NCBI GenBank assembly: GCA_964516745.1
Contig: CAZEYD010000003.1
Coordinates: forward strand, 2,607 to 66,606
Source: Candidatus Woesearchaeota archaeon
GTDB lineage: Archaea > Nanobdellota > Nanobdellia > Pacearchaeales > GW2011-AR1
Direction of reading: 5' to 3'
Length of the DNA stretch: 64,000 bases
Of the stretch, positions 1 to 8,070 are shown piece after piece. How positions within the stretch are numbered: position 1 is the stretch's first letter; every line of letters starts with the position of its first letter. The notes below the pieces were generated by a model. The model was not told where the DNA came from, made no database searches, and saw nothing but the letters and a program-made list of their open reading frames with translations. A program made the position numbers and the translations under genes.

Positions 1-194
1 TGAAAAAGGTGGTCTAATCGGAATAGGTATAATACTCGTGGTAATATCTATATTATCAAAGTAATTAAATTTTGTGTCATAACATTTTTGTTTTAATACA
101 AGAAATATTTCTTCAGAAGCTAGATGTTAATATTTTGAATTGTGCAAACAAGTATGTTACACAAAAAGGAGTTTTAATTTAGGGAAAGCCGCAA

Positions 195-971
195 TTAACT
201 AAACCTCTTCTCACAATATTCTACCAATTCTTCTCCTTCGATGAATCTTGTTTCCGCACCTGTTCTTATAAAAAAAATCCTATGTTTATTAAGATCCAAG
301 AACACCTTGGCATCACCCTTTGTGACTTTTACCAAACAAAGTACCTTATCATCTTCTACGGGAAAACTAATTTCCAAATATTCATCTAAATGGTTGTATA
401 TCTTTGCAGGGAAATATGGTCTAATTATTTCGTCAATTATCATTCTAGAATATCCATCTTCACAAGGATCTTTAAGTTTATTAAACTCATCCTTAACCCC
501 TATTATTTTATCTACCATATCGTTTTTATTCTCTTTTATTCCTATAACCAAATGCCCTCCCCGAGAATTCATAAGGGCCGCAATTGTCTCTGCAATAATT
601 ACCTTAGATGCTTTCTGACCAAACATATGTAGTTCAGAAGATTTACTTTCTTTTATTTGTTGACTTGTCCAATGAAGGCTCCAAAGAGCGCTAGATTTAA
701 ATTCAATATTAAATTTTTCTCCTTTCTTTATTAATTCCTTTATGTTTATTTCTTCTTTTTTTGTCTCTTCGGTAACATCTTCAAACTCCTCTCCAAAAGT
801 CTTAACTCTCCCAATGTTTTCATCTTCTAACTTAACCATAATTCCATGGGGGTGAGATTGAGCTTTGGTCAATATTTCTCTAACTTTCCCATTAACAATT
901 TTATCATAATTACCCTTGAGAGAAATACCTACTTTTGATCCTATCTTTATTTTATCTCTAGTTATTTCCAT
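195..971 (-). CDS. Fusion protein: N-terminal YwbE/DUF2196-like domain plus C-terminal AlbA_2 (Schlafen-like, putative DNA-binding) domain
   Basis: The N-terminus (KIGSKVGISLK...AQSHPHGIMVKLEDENIGRVK) matches the remembered B. subtilis YwbE pattern SHPHGIKVRL..G.VGRV. The C-terminus has AlbA_2 hallmarks IEFKSS and NSRGGHLVIGI...IIGV. It is the last gene of the coupled minus-strand operon, with a 1-nt gap to the PLD gene. Confidence 0.6.
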   Translation of the reverse strand: MEITRDKIKIGSKVGISLKGNYDKIVNGKVREILTKAQSHPHGIMVKLEDENIGRVKTFGEEFEDVTEETKKEEINIKELIKKGEKFNIEFKSSALWSLHWTSQQIKESKSSELHMFGQKASKVIIAETIAALMNSRGGHLVIGIKENKNDMVDKIIGVKDEFNKLKDPCEDGYSRMIIDEIIRPYFPAKIYNHLDEYLEISFPVEDDKVLCLVKVTKGDAKVFLDLNKHRIFFIRTGAETRFIEGEELVEYCEKRFS

Positions 972-972
972 T

Positions 973-1923
973 TTATTTTACTCTCCTGATTCTTTGAGAA
1001 TGTTTCCCAGGGATATCAACTTCATATAAGCCATCACTTAATTTCTCAATCCATTTATATAAAACCTGAATATTTCCAGTTAAATTTCTACGACTTGGGA
1101 TTGGAACATTTGTACAGTTATCCTGAATCCATTTTTTAACTCTTCCAAAATATCTTTCTTCTTCATTAATGAATTTTAGTAATTCACTTACAAAAGGAGA
1201 TTTAAAAAATTTCCTTTTAAGATGGGAGACAAATTCATTCTCAGATAAATTTTCTGGGACATTATATAGTTCTGCATCATGTATTGCGCAAGCTATTCGC
1301 TCCCTAGAGCTACCTTTAAAATTATTTGAATATATTTTAAAAAAATCATCAATACTATAGCTCATGGGAAGTGTAGATATTAAAAAATCTTTCTTAGGGT
1401 TTTTAATGATCGGTTCTTTTATTTTTTCTAATTTGGGCAGGTTTTTTAGATCTTCTTTAAATTGTTCATAGATTTCTTCTGTAACTAATATTGCTTCATC
1501 TAATATTTTTTTAAAATATGAAATAGAACTATCATCTAGCTTATCTATTTTATTTATTAATTCATAATTATGATTATCTACTAAAGCCAAACCATTATTT
1601 GAAATATTAGCACTTCCCATTATACAAGAATCACAATCTCTGATAATAACTTTTAAGTGGATTTTTTGATTAAGATGTAAATTAATTCCCTCTTTTTCGC
1701 AAAATTTGTATAATTCAATATCAGAAGATCCGAACTGCATATCTCTTAGTTTCCAGGTAGTTATTACTGTTATTTTTTTTGCCTTGACATTATCTAATAA
1801 TTTTTCTAAAACTTTTACTTTAATATAAGGAGAAATTATCATGAGTTCATAGCATTCACTAGAAACATAATTCTTTATATAAGAGAAAAATTCGTTTTTT
1901 TTAGAGGTTTTTAAATTATTCAT
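973..1923 (-). CDS. Phospholipase-D-family (single HKD) nuclease with an unassigned ~150-aa C-terminal domain
   Basis: A complete HKD motif is present: HLKVIIRD-CDSCIM-GSAN (HxK-x4-D-x6-GSxN). There is one copy per chain, as in Nuc/BfiI-type nucleases. The start overlaps the helicase stop by 4 nt (ATGA). Confidence 0.75.
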   Translation of the reverse strand: MNNLKTSKKNEFFSYIKNYVSSECYELMIISPYIKVKVLEKLLDNVKAKKITVITTWKLRDMQFGSSDIELYKFCEKEGINLHLNQKIHLKVIIRDCDSCIMGSANISNNGLALVDNHNYELINKIDKLDDSSISYFKKILDEAILVTEEIYEQFKEDLKNLPKLEKIKEPIIKNPKKDFLISTLPMSYSIDDFFKIYSNNFKGSSRERIACAIHDAELYNVPENLSENEFVSHLKRKFFKSPFVSELLKFINEEERYFGRVKKWIQDNCTNVPIPSRRNLTGNIQVLYKWIEKLSDGLYEVDIPGKHSQRIRRVK

Positions 1924-3632
1924 TCCTCGTGGTCTCCCCAGGAACTGATATAATTCTCGAAAGAAATTTTATGTTTTTCTGAGAAGTTTTTTATATTATC
2001 TTCCATTTCAATTATCTTGCAAGAAGAGGTTCCTCCTAATTTTGTGCCCCTTAAACCTCTTCCAATCATTTGAGAATGCAATACTTCTGAGGTTGTTACT
2101 CTTGTAATAAAAAGGCAATCGACTTTTGGTGCATCAAAACCCATTGAGAGTACCCCATAATTACACAAAACTCTTATTTTCCCATATCTAAATGCTTTTA
2201 TGGCAGCATCCCTCGACCTTCCATCAGAATCACCATCTAGGTGAAAAGAAGAATATCCATTTTTCAATAACCATATGGAGATCATTTTTGAATGCTCAAT
2301 ACTATTCCCAAAGAAGAGTATTTGATTTGTATCTTCATGATCTCCCAAAACTTCTCTTAATTTATCAGTAATTATTATGTTCCTATTACCATCTCTTGAT
2401 ATTTTTTCTATTATTTTCTTCGGAAATTCACTAAATTCCTTTTCAATTTTCTTAACTTCTTTTTCGTTTAATCCTATCTCCTCATTTTTATACACAATCG
2501 GATCATATTTTGGTTTTGCCATTATTCCCTCATCTATTAGATAATCGATTAGGAGTTTATCTGAATTAAACCTTAAGGGTATGATATTCCCTCTTCCAAA
2601 AAAATCAATTAATTTATTTGTACCTACTACCCCTTCTCTTATGGGGGTTGCTGTTAAACCCAAAATCCTGGTTCCCGTAGTTTTATCTATTAACTCCTTT
2701 ATTTTCTTATTCCACTTATCGGCAACACACATATGTGCCTCATCTATTATAATAAGGCCCACATTAGATTTTCTTATTTTGCTTATGCTTTTTTCATTTA
2801 ATGATTGAAAGGATGTTGCGATAAATGAACTCTCCTCCTTTATTTTATCTCCCTTTCCCCCATAAACTTCTTGTATTTTTAGTTCTCTATTTCCGAGATT
2901 TTCCCAAACATCAAAAAATTCCTCAGAAGCCTGTTGCAGGAGTTCTTTTGTGTGGGCTATCCAAACCACACTATGGTTCTTATTTTTTGATAAATATGAA
3001 GAAGCTATTTCCACAGCAGTTCTAGTTTTTCCAGTTCCAGTGGGCATATTTAACATGGCTCTTTTAAATCCTCCACTTATTTTATCTAAAGTTTCTTGAT
3101 GTGCAATTGATTGATAATTTTTGAATATTTTAAATGGAGATCTGTTAGCAAAAGCCTCATTTATTTTATCTTTATCAACAGGATCTAGAAACTTTTTATA
3201 TTTTAAAAACCAAGGGTAAACTATTGCAGAACCCTTTTTCTCATTATTGTATTCCGAAAGATTAAGCATAAATTCTGGTATGTCTAAAATCTTCGCAAGC
3301 TTTAGTGAATTCTTATTTAAACCCCAGGGGGTCTTTAATATTTCATCTATAATTGACTTCTTATCTTTTTTGGATATTTTTAGCTCTTTTGAAATCAACT
3401 TAAGTTCATTCTCCGTTAAATAAGAAAAAATTTTCTTTCTAAATGATTGATTACACATTTTAGGTATGGCAATCATCTTATATATTTGAGATTTTTCGAA
3501 TCTATCATCTATTAATGGAGTCTTGCTCTTTCTCTCAGTCAATAGGGGCTCTAATATCTGGAGATATTCAGGTTTTAGAGCTTTATTTATCTCCCTTGAA
3601 TCTATTCCACTCCAAAAATTATCTAAGATCAT
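1920..3632 (-). CDS. Superfamily-2 DEAD/DEAH (ResIII-type) helicase/ATPase with an ~190-aa N-terminal extension
   Basis: Motifs: Walker A MPTGTGKTRTA, DEAH box IIIDEAHMC, motif III GLTATP, motif VI QMIGRGLRG. There is a 1-nt gap to the upstream GHKL gene. Confidence 0.85.
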   Translation of the reverse strand: MILDNFWSGIDSREINKALKPEYLQILEPLLTERKSKTPLIDDRFEKSQIYKMIAIPKMCNQSFRKKIFSYLTENELKLISKELKISKKDKKSIIDEILKTPWGLNKNSLKLAKILDIPEFMLNLSEYNNEKKGSAIVYPWFLKYKKFLDPVDKDKINEAFANRSPFKIFKNYQSIAHQETLDKISGGFKRAMLNMPTGTGKTRTAVEIASSYLSKNKNHSVVWIAHTKELLQQASEEFFDVWENLGNRELKIQEVYGGKGDKIKEESSFIATSFQSLNEKSISKIRKSNVGLIIIDEAHMCVADKWNKKIKELIDKTTGTRILGLTATPIREGVVGTNKLIDFFGRGNIIPLRFNSDKLLIDYLIDEGIMAKPKYDPIVYKNEEIGLNEKEVKKIEKEFSEFPKKIIEKISRDGNRNIIITDKLREVLGDHEDTNQILFFGNSIEHSKMISIWLLKNGYSSFHLDGDSDGRSRDAAIKAFRYGKIRVLCNYGVLSMGFDAPKVDCLFITRVTTSEVLHSQMIGRGLRGTKLGGTSSCKIIEMEDNIKNFSEKHKISFENYISSWGDHEE

Positions 3633-3633
3633 C

Positions 3634-5424
3634 TTAGTTCTCCTCTTCTTCTTCTGCTGTTTCTCTCTTTATTATGTATTTTCTAGATAGTTGTCCCCAT
3701 CTTGAAAGAAATTCGTCTATGTAATGCTGCTGAACCCCACTAGGAGTTATTGTTGCTAGAGATATAATCATTGTTTGCAAAAGAATTTCCCAGGTAACCT
3801 GTAATTCGTGGTATTTTAATGCCAAGACTTCAGAGGTTAACTCTTCTTTCTCAGATAGTTTGAATAATTCGTCTTCAACATTCTCCATTTTTCTAAATAA
3901 TGGATGATTCATATATTTGGCCATTATTATATCCCCTCCTTTAGAAAAATATTCAAATAAAAGATTTGTATCTTTTGGGACCCTTTTCTCATTATCTTTC
4001 TGGGTTACAAAGTGCCTATCACTTAATTGTTCCAAAATTTCCCTTCTTTCAGAGGTCTTTAATTTCAGTTTATCTAGAAATTCATTTGGTGTTTCTTTTG
4101 TATCGCTATCTGGTATATCATCTGGATCATAATCTGGGCCGCCATTATCCTTTTCTTTATCTTTCTTTTTCTTTCCCTCTTTCTTCCTATCTTCCTGAAA
4201 GTCTTCTTTTATCGTATCTCTTAATACTTTAACCGTAGATGCTACCTCCTCTTTTAGTTTCTTACGTATCTCTGAACTAAGTTCAACCTGAAATTTCATT
4301 GCTTTGGGTTTTAGCGTATCATCAATATCTGAGCTATACTCTATCTCTATACCCCACCAACGATCTAACGGATCATATCTACCAAATAAATAGTGATCAT
4401 GTAACCAACTTACTTCTCTATTGTCTCTTAAAATTGAAATTTTACTGGAATCTCTAAGCTTGTTTTTTTGTCCAACTATTAATCTTTCTTTCACATTTAT
4501 AGGATCTCTTGCTGAAGCATTTTTAGAGACATCACTATATTTTCTCCATTCTTTTGGTGAAAGTCCAAAATTAACTTTTATTTGACTAAATCCCGAACCA
4601 TCTAGCTTGGGAAATTCTATCACAATGGGTCTTATCTTTTCACTACCCTTTTTATCTTTATCTCTATAAGGTATTTTGTAGAGAGGATCATATATTCTAT
4701 CAATTAGTTCATCATTATAATAAATATTTCTTTTGATTTCATTTTTCTTAATTTTTGACTCCCAACTGTTCCCATTTTTTTCGGTTTTAACAACCTTGTC
4801 TCCCAGAAATTTTCTATAAGCTCTAGAAATCCAAAATGATATCTCCTCTTTATCTTCTTCAATATGACCCAAGTCTACTTCGCTCCATATAGTTATTGTA
4901 CCAGATTTAAGGTCTGACCAATATTCCTTTAGTTCCTTTGGGGGTTCCTCTTTTGTGGCATCTTTCGGGTAAGATTGAGTAGTGTCTTCAATAATTGGAT
5001 CATCTAAATAGAAATAGGCGTGATGCCATTCCCCCCCCTTTGTCTTTGAGTACATATCGCATTTTCTACCAGTGTTAAGAAATGAATAAACGGCTCCAAC
5101 CCCAAATTTTCCCATTTTATCCTCACCACTGCCATTATCTTCATGATAACCGACAACAAGACAATCAGATAATTCTTCAGGATTCATACCACTGCCATCA
5201 TCTATAAAGGTTATCTCTTCGGGTTCTTCAGTAACTAATTGTCCAAGTATCTTTTTCCATTTAATATTTATTCTTATATTTTTTGAATTAAATTGTATTG
5301 AATTATCTATTATCTCTCCTATGCTTGCATATAGTGGCATTAGGTGATTCCTGTTTGATTCTATGGCCTGTCTTTCATTTCCGTTTTTGGGTGAAAAGGG
5401 TCTTCTGATTTTCTCCGTTACCAT
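3634..5424 (-). CDS. GHKL-superfamily (HATPase_c_3 / MORC-MutL-like) ATPase
   Basis: Bergerat-fold motifs: N-box GEIIDNSIQF, G1 box IDDGSGM, G2 box GKFGVGA. It also has a lysine/acid-rich linker and a long C-terminal region. It is the first gene of the minus-strand operon, divergent from dndB. Confidence 0.75.
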   Translation of the reverse strand: MVTEKIRRPFSPKNGNERQAIESNRNHLMPLYASIGEIIDNSIQFNSKNIRINIKWKKILGQLVTEEPEEITFIDDGSGMNPEELSDCLVVGYHEDNGSGEDKMGKFGVGAVYSFLNTGRKCDMYSKTKGGEWHHAYFYLDDPIIEDTTQSYPKDATKEEPPKELKEYWSDLKSGTITIWSEVDLGHIEEDKEEISFWISRAYRKFLGDKVVKTEKNGNSWESKIKKNEIKRNIYYNDELIDRIYDPLYKIPYRDKDKKGSEKIRPIVIEFPKLDGSGFSQIKVNFGLSPKEWRKYSDVSKNASARDPINVKERLIVGQKNKLRDSSKISILRDNREVSWLHDHYLFGRYDPLDRWWGIEIEYSSDIDDTLKPKAMKFQVELSSEIRKKLKEEVASTVKVLRDTIKEDFQEDRKKEGKKKKDKEKDNGGPDYDPDDIPDSDTKETPNEFLDKLKLKTSERREILEQLSDRHFVTQKDNEKRVPKDTNLLFEYFSKGGDIIMAKYMNHPLFRKMENVEDELFKLSEKEELTSEVLALKYHELQVTWEILLQTMIISLATITPSGVQQHYIDEFLSRWGQLSRKYIIKRETAEEEEEN

Positions 5425-5512
5425 TACACTTATTGTTGTATTTATTTATTATAAAGTTTACCCCATTTTATTAAAATATTAAAATATGCGCAAGTTCCCA
5501 TTAACCCTTTTT

Positions 5513-5545
5513 GGAAGTCAAATTTCTCACCCCGGAAGTTAAATT
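5513..5545 (+). promoter_or_regulatory. Direct repeat GGAAGT(C/T)AAATT x2, 21 bp apart, immediately upstream of dndB; candidate operator in the divergent promoter region
   Basis: 5513-5524 reads ggaagtcaaatt and 5534-5545 reads ggaagttaaatt (11/12 identical). AT-rich TATA-like elements (attaaaat x2 at ~5470-5485; aaattataga at 5541-5550) lie in the same 127-bp intergenic region. Confidence 0.3.
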
Positions 5546-5551
5546 ATAGAA

Positions 5552-6670
5552 ATGTTTAAATACTCTTTTTTACCATATTTTCTTATGACTACAAAAAAGA
5601 AAGATAACAGTACAAAGATGGATGAGTATAATAACTTTTCCTTTTCTGCAATTAGGGGAATTCAAGCCGGCCGAGAATATTACACCGTCATGTGTCAACT
5701 TAAATTAGTATCAAAAATATTTATTTTTAATGAGTCTAGTCTACCACCAGAACTTCGAGCCCAAAGGACATTAAACAAAGCAAGAATACCTGAAATAGTA
5801 AATTACATTAATGGAAATCCAGAAGATTATACTTTTTCATCTATTACTGCTTCAATCGACGGAGATGTAAAATTTATTCCTGCAGAGAAGATTGGGATTA
5901 ATTCTCGTGTGGGAACCTTGCTTGTCCCAATGGACTCCAGATTTGTAATTAATGATGGACAGCATAGACGTGCAGCAATTGAACAAGCAATAGCTCTAAA
6001 TCCAGAATTGGGAAACGAGACAATATCTGTAGTATTTTATATAGATAGAGGACTAAAAAGAAGTCAGCAAATGTTTTCAGATCTTAATAAGCATGCCGTC
6101 AAACCCACAACATCGTTAAGTATTTTTTATAATCACCGAGATAAATTTTCTAGAGAATTAATTTCTATAATGACAAAGGTACCAATCTTAGCAAATGGAT
6201 TGACAGAAGTAGAAAAAACGTCAATATCTAATAGATCAAATAAGGTTTTTACACTAAATAGTCTATACAACTCTACAAAAGATCTACTCGGCAAAAAAGG
6301 TAAAAATATAGAAATTAATTCTCATGAAAAAGAAATCGTAATAGAATTCTGGAATGAGGTATATGATAAAAATGAGGAATGGAAAAAAATTGTCTCTGAG
6401 GAAATAACCCCCTATGAATTAAGGGAGGGTTATATAAGTGGGACCGGTATAATTCTTCATTCACTAGGTATTTTAGGTTTTAATCTTATGAAAAGATATC
6501 CAAAGAATTGGAAAAACAAACTTGACGGCCTAAGGAATGTTAATTGGAAAAAGAATAATCCTCAATGGGAGGGGATAGCCATGATTCATGGAAGAGTTAG
6601 CAAATCAAGAGATTTTCTAAATAGGACAAGTAAATTTTTAAGTGAAGCTATTGGCTTAGAGGGAATATAA
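5552..6670 (+). CDS. dndB: DndB-like DGQHR-domain protein (regulator of DNA phosphorothioation)
   Basis: It has the exact DGQHR motif (VINDGQHRRAAIEQA) and sits immediately upstream of, and overlapping (TAATG), dndC. The true start may be an internal Met (MTTKK at 5585 or MDEYN at 5615). Confidence 0.75.
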   Translation: MFKYSFLPYFLMTTKKKDNSTKMDEYNNFSFSAIRGIQAGREYYTVMCQLKLVSKIFIFNESSLPPELRAQRTLNKARIPEIVNYINGNPEDYTFSSITASIDGDVKFIPAEKIGINSRVGTLLVPMDSRFVINDGQHRRAAIEQAIALNPELGNETISVVFYIDRGLKRSQQMFSDLNKHAVKPTTSLSIFYNHRDKFSRELISIMTKVPILANGLTEVEKTSISNRSNKVFTLNSLYNSTKDLLGKKGKNIEINSHEKEIVIEFWNEVYDKNEEWKKIVSEEITPYELREGYISGTGIILHSLGILGFNLMKRYPKNWKNKLDGLRNVNWKKNNPQWEGIAMIHGRVSKSRDFLNRTSKFLSEAIGLEGI

Positions 6671-8070
6671 TGTCTGAAGAGTCTGTATTTGACACAAGAA
6701 CCTTAAAAGATATATATTCTGAAATACAAAAAGTATACCTAAGTGATGAACGACCTTGGGTAATAGCTTTTAGTGGAGGTAAGGACTCAACTGCTGTTTT
6801 GCAATTGGTTTGGGAAGCATTAGCGTTATTAGATAGAGATCAATTAAAAAAACCTATTGAAGTCGTAACATCTAATACTTTTGTAGAGTCTCCTGTTCTT
6901 TTAGAATATGTCTCTAAAGTACAGAGCCTTATGAAAAAGGCTGCGAAAAAGCAAAATATCCCCATTAAAGTTCATAATGTATTTCCAAAAATAAGTGAAA
7001 CATTTTGGTCTAATTTACTTGGGAAGGGATATCCTGCTCCAACGCAACAATTTCGCTGGTGTACAACAAGAATGAAAATTGACCCCATGGATGAATTTAT
7101 ATTTAAAGAGGTAAGTAAGTATGGTGAGGTCATATTAGCTTTGGGGGTTAGAAGTGCAGAGAGTCAGTCTAGAGCAAGATCTATGGAGTCCCATAAGATT
7201 GAGGGATCATTGCTTTCGAGACATACAAAATTCTCGCAAGCATTGGTATATACTCCAATTTCATCCTTTAGTACGGAAGACGTATGGACATACCTTCTTC
7301 AAAAAACACCTCCATGGGGAGCCAACAATAAAGATCTTTTAACTATGTACGCTGGTAAAAATTCTAAAGAATGCCCTTTGATCGTAGATAAAAATTCTCC
7401 TTCTTGTGGTGGTAGTCGTTTTGGTTGTTGGACTTGCACTTTGGTTAAAGAAGACAAAACCATGATTCAAATGATAAATGATGGTAATGAAAGACTAAGG
7501 CCTATGGCAGAATTACGATCCCTCCTATACAAAACAACCATCCCTGAAAATAAAGCAAAATATAGGGAATACAAGGGGAGAAATGGGAGACTAAGATTAA
7601 AAGAAGATGGCACAATCATTAGGGGACCCTATAAGTTAAGTTTTTCAAAGGAGCTACTTGAAACAGTTCTTAAGATACAAAAAGATATAGAAGAATCAAA
7701 TATAGGCCTTGAGTTTTCAGTAATTAGACCAGAGGAAATCCATGAGATACGAAGGCTTTGGCTTCTTGAAAGAGGAGACTGGGAAGATTCAGTTCCAAAG
7801 ATCTATAGAGAAGTCATGGGGCGAGACTTAGATTGGCTTGATGAAGACCTGGGTCTTTTTTCAGAAAAGGAAAACGATTTACTTACAAGAATATCTGAGA
7901 AAGAGGGCGTTCCTATTAGTCTTGTAAGAAAATTGCTTGATCTAGAAAAACAAATTCAAGGAATGACGAGAAGGTCTTCTGTGTATGTCAAATTAGATAA
8001 AATATTATCTGAAGAATGGAGAAGTGAAGATAAAATTGTGGAGGAATTAAAAATAGAAAATGATAATTAA
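6670..8070 (+). CDS. dndC: DndC, PAPS-reductase/PP-loop ATP pyrophosphatase of the phosphorothioation machinery
   Basis: It has the PP-loop FSGGKDST and a Cys cluster CGGSRFGCWTC (Fe-S ligands). Size and its position between dndB and dndD agree. Confidence 0.85.
   Translation: MSEESVFDTRTLKDIYSEIQKVYLSDERPWVIAFSGGKDSTAVLQLVWEALALLDRDQLKKPIEVVTSNTFVESPVLLEYVSKVQSLMKKAAKKQNIPIKVHNVFPKISETFWSNLLGKGYPAPTQQFRWCTTRMKIDPMDEFIFKEVSKYGEVILALGVRSAESQSRARSMESHKIEGSLLSRHTKFSQALVYTPISSFSTEDVWTYLLQKTPPWGANNKDLLTMYAGKNSKECPLIVDKNSPSCGGSRFGCWTCTLVKEDKTMIQMINDGNERLRPMAELRSLLYKTTIPENKAKYREYKGRNGRLRLKEDGTIIRGPYKLSFSKELLETVLKIQKDIEESNIGLEFSVIRPEEIHEIRRLWLLERGDWEDSVPKIYREVMGRDLDWLDEDLGLFSEKENDLLTRISEKEGVPISLVRKLLDLEKQIQGMTRRSSVYVKLDKILSEEWRSEDKIVEELKIENDN

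Noticed and set aside
2-64. Open frame from the window edge encoding EKGGLIGIGIILVVISILSK-stop, a possible C-terminal membrane anchor of an upstream gene.
   Set aside because: Only 20 codons are visible. That is too little to call a gene or to exclude a chance ORF.
197-205. A 9-mer AACTAAACC is shared between the left flank (197-205) and the integrase-side flank (13040-13048), a possible att core.
   Set aside because: It is only 9 nt in an AT-rich sequence. The left copy lies inside the stop region of a CDS, and there is no extended flanking similarity, so it is compatible with chance.
241-632. Plus-strand ORFs 241-618 and 390-632.
   Set aside because: They are antisense to the well-supported YwbE/AlbA_2 gene. 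Their hydrophobic, low-complexity translations have no motifs.
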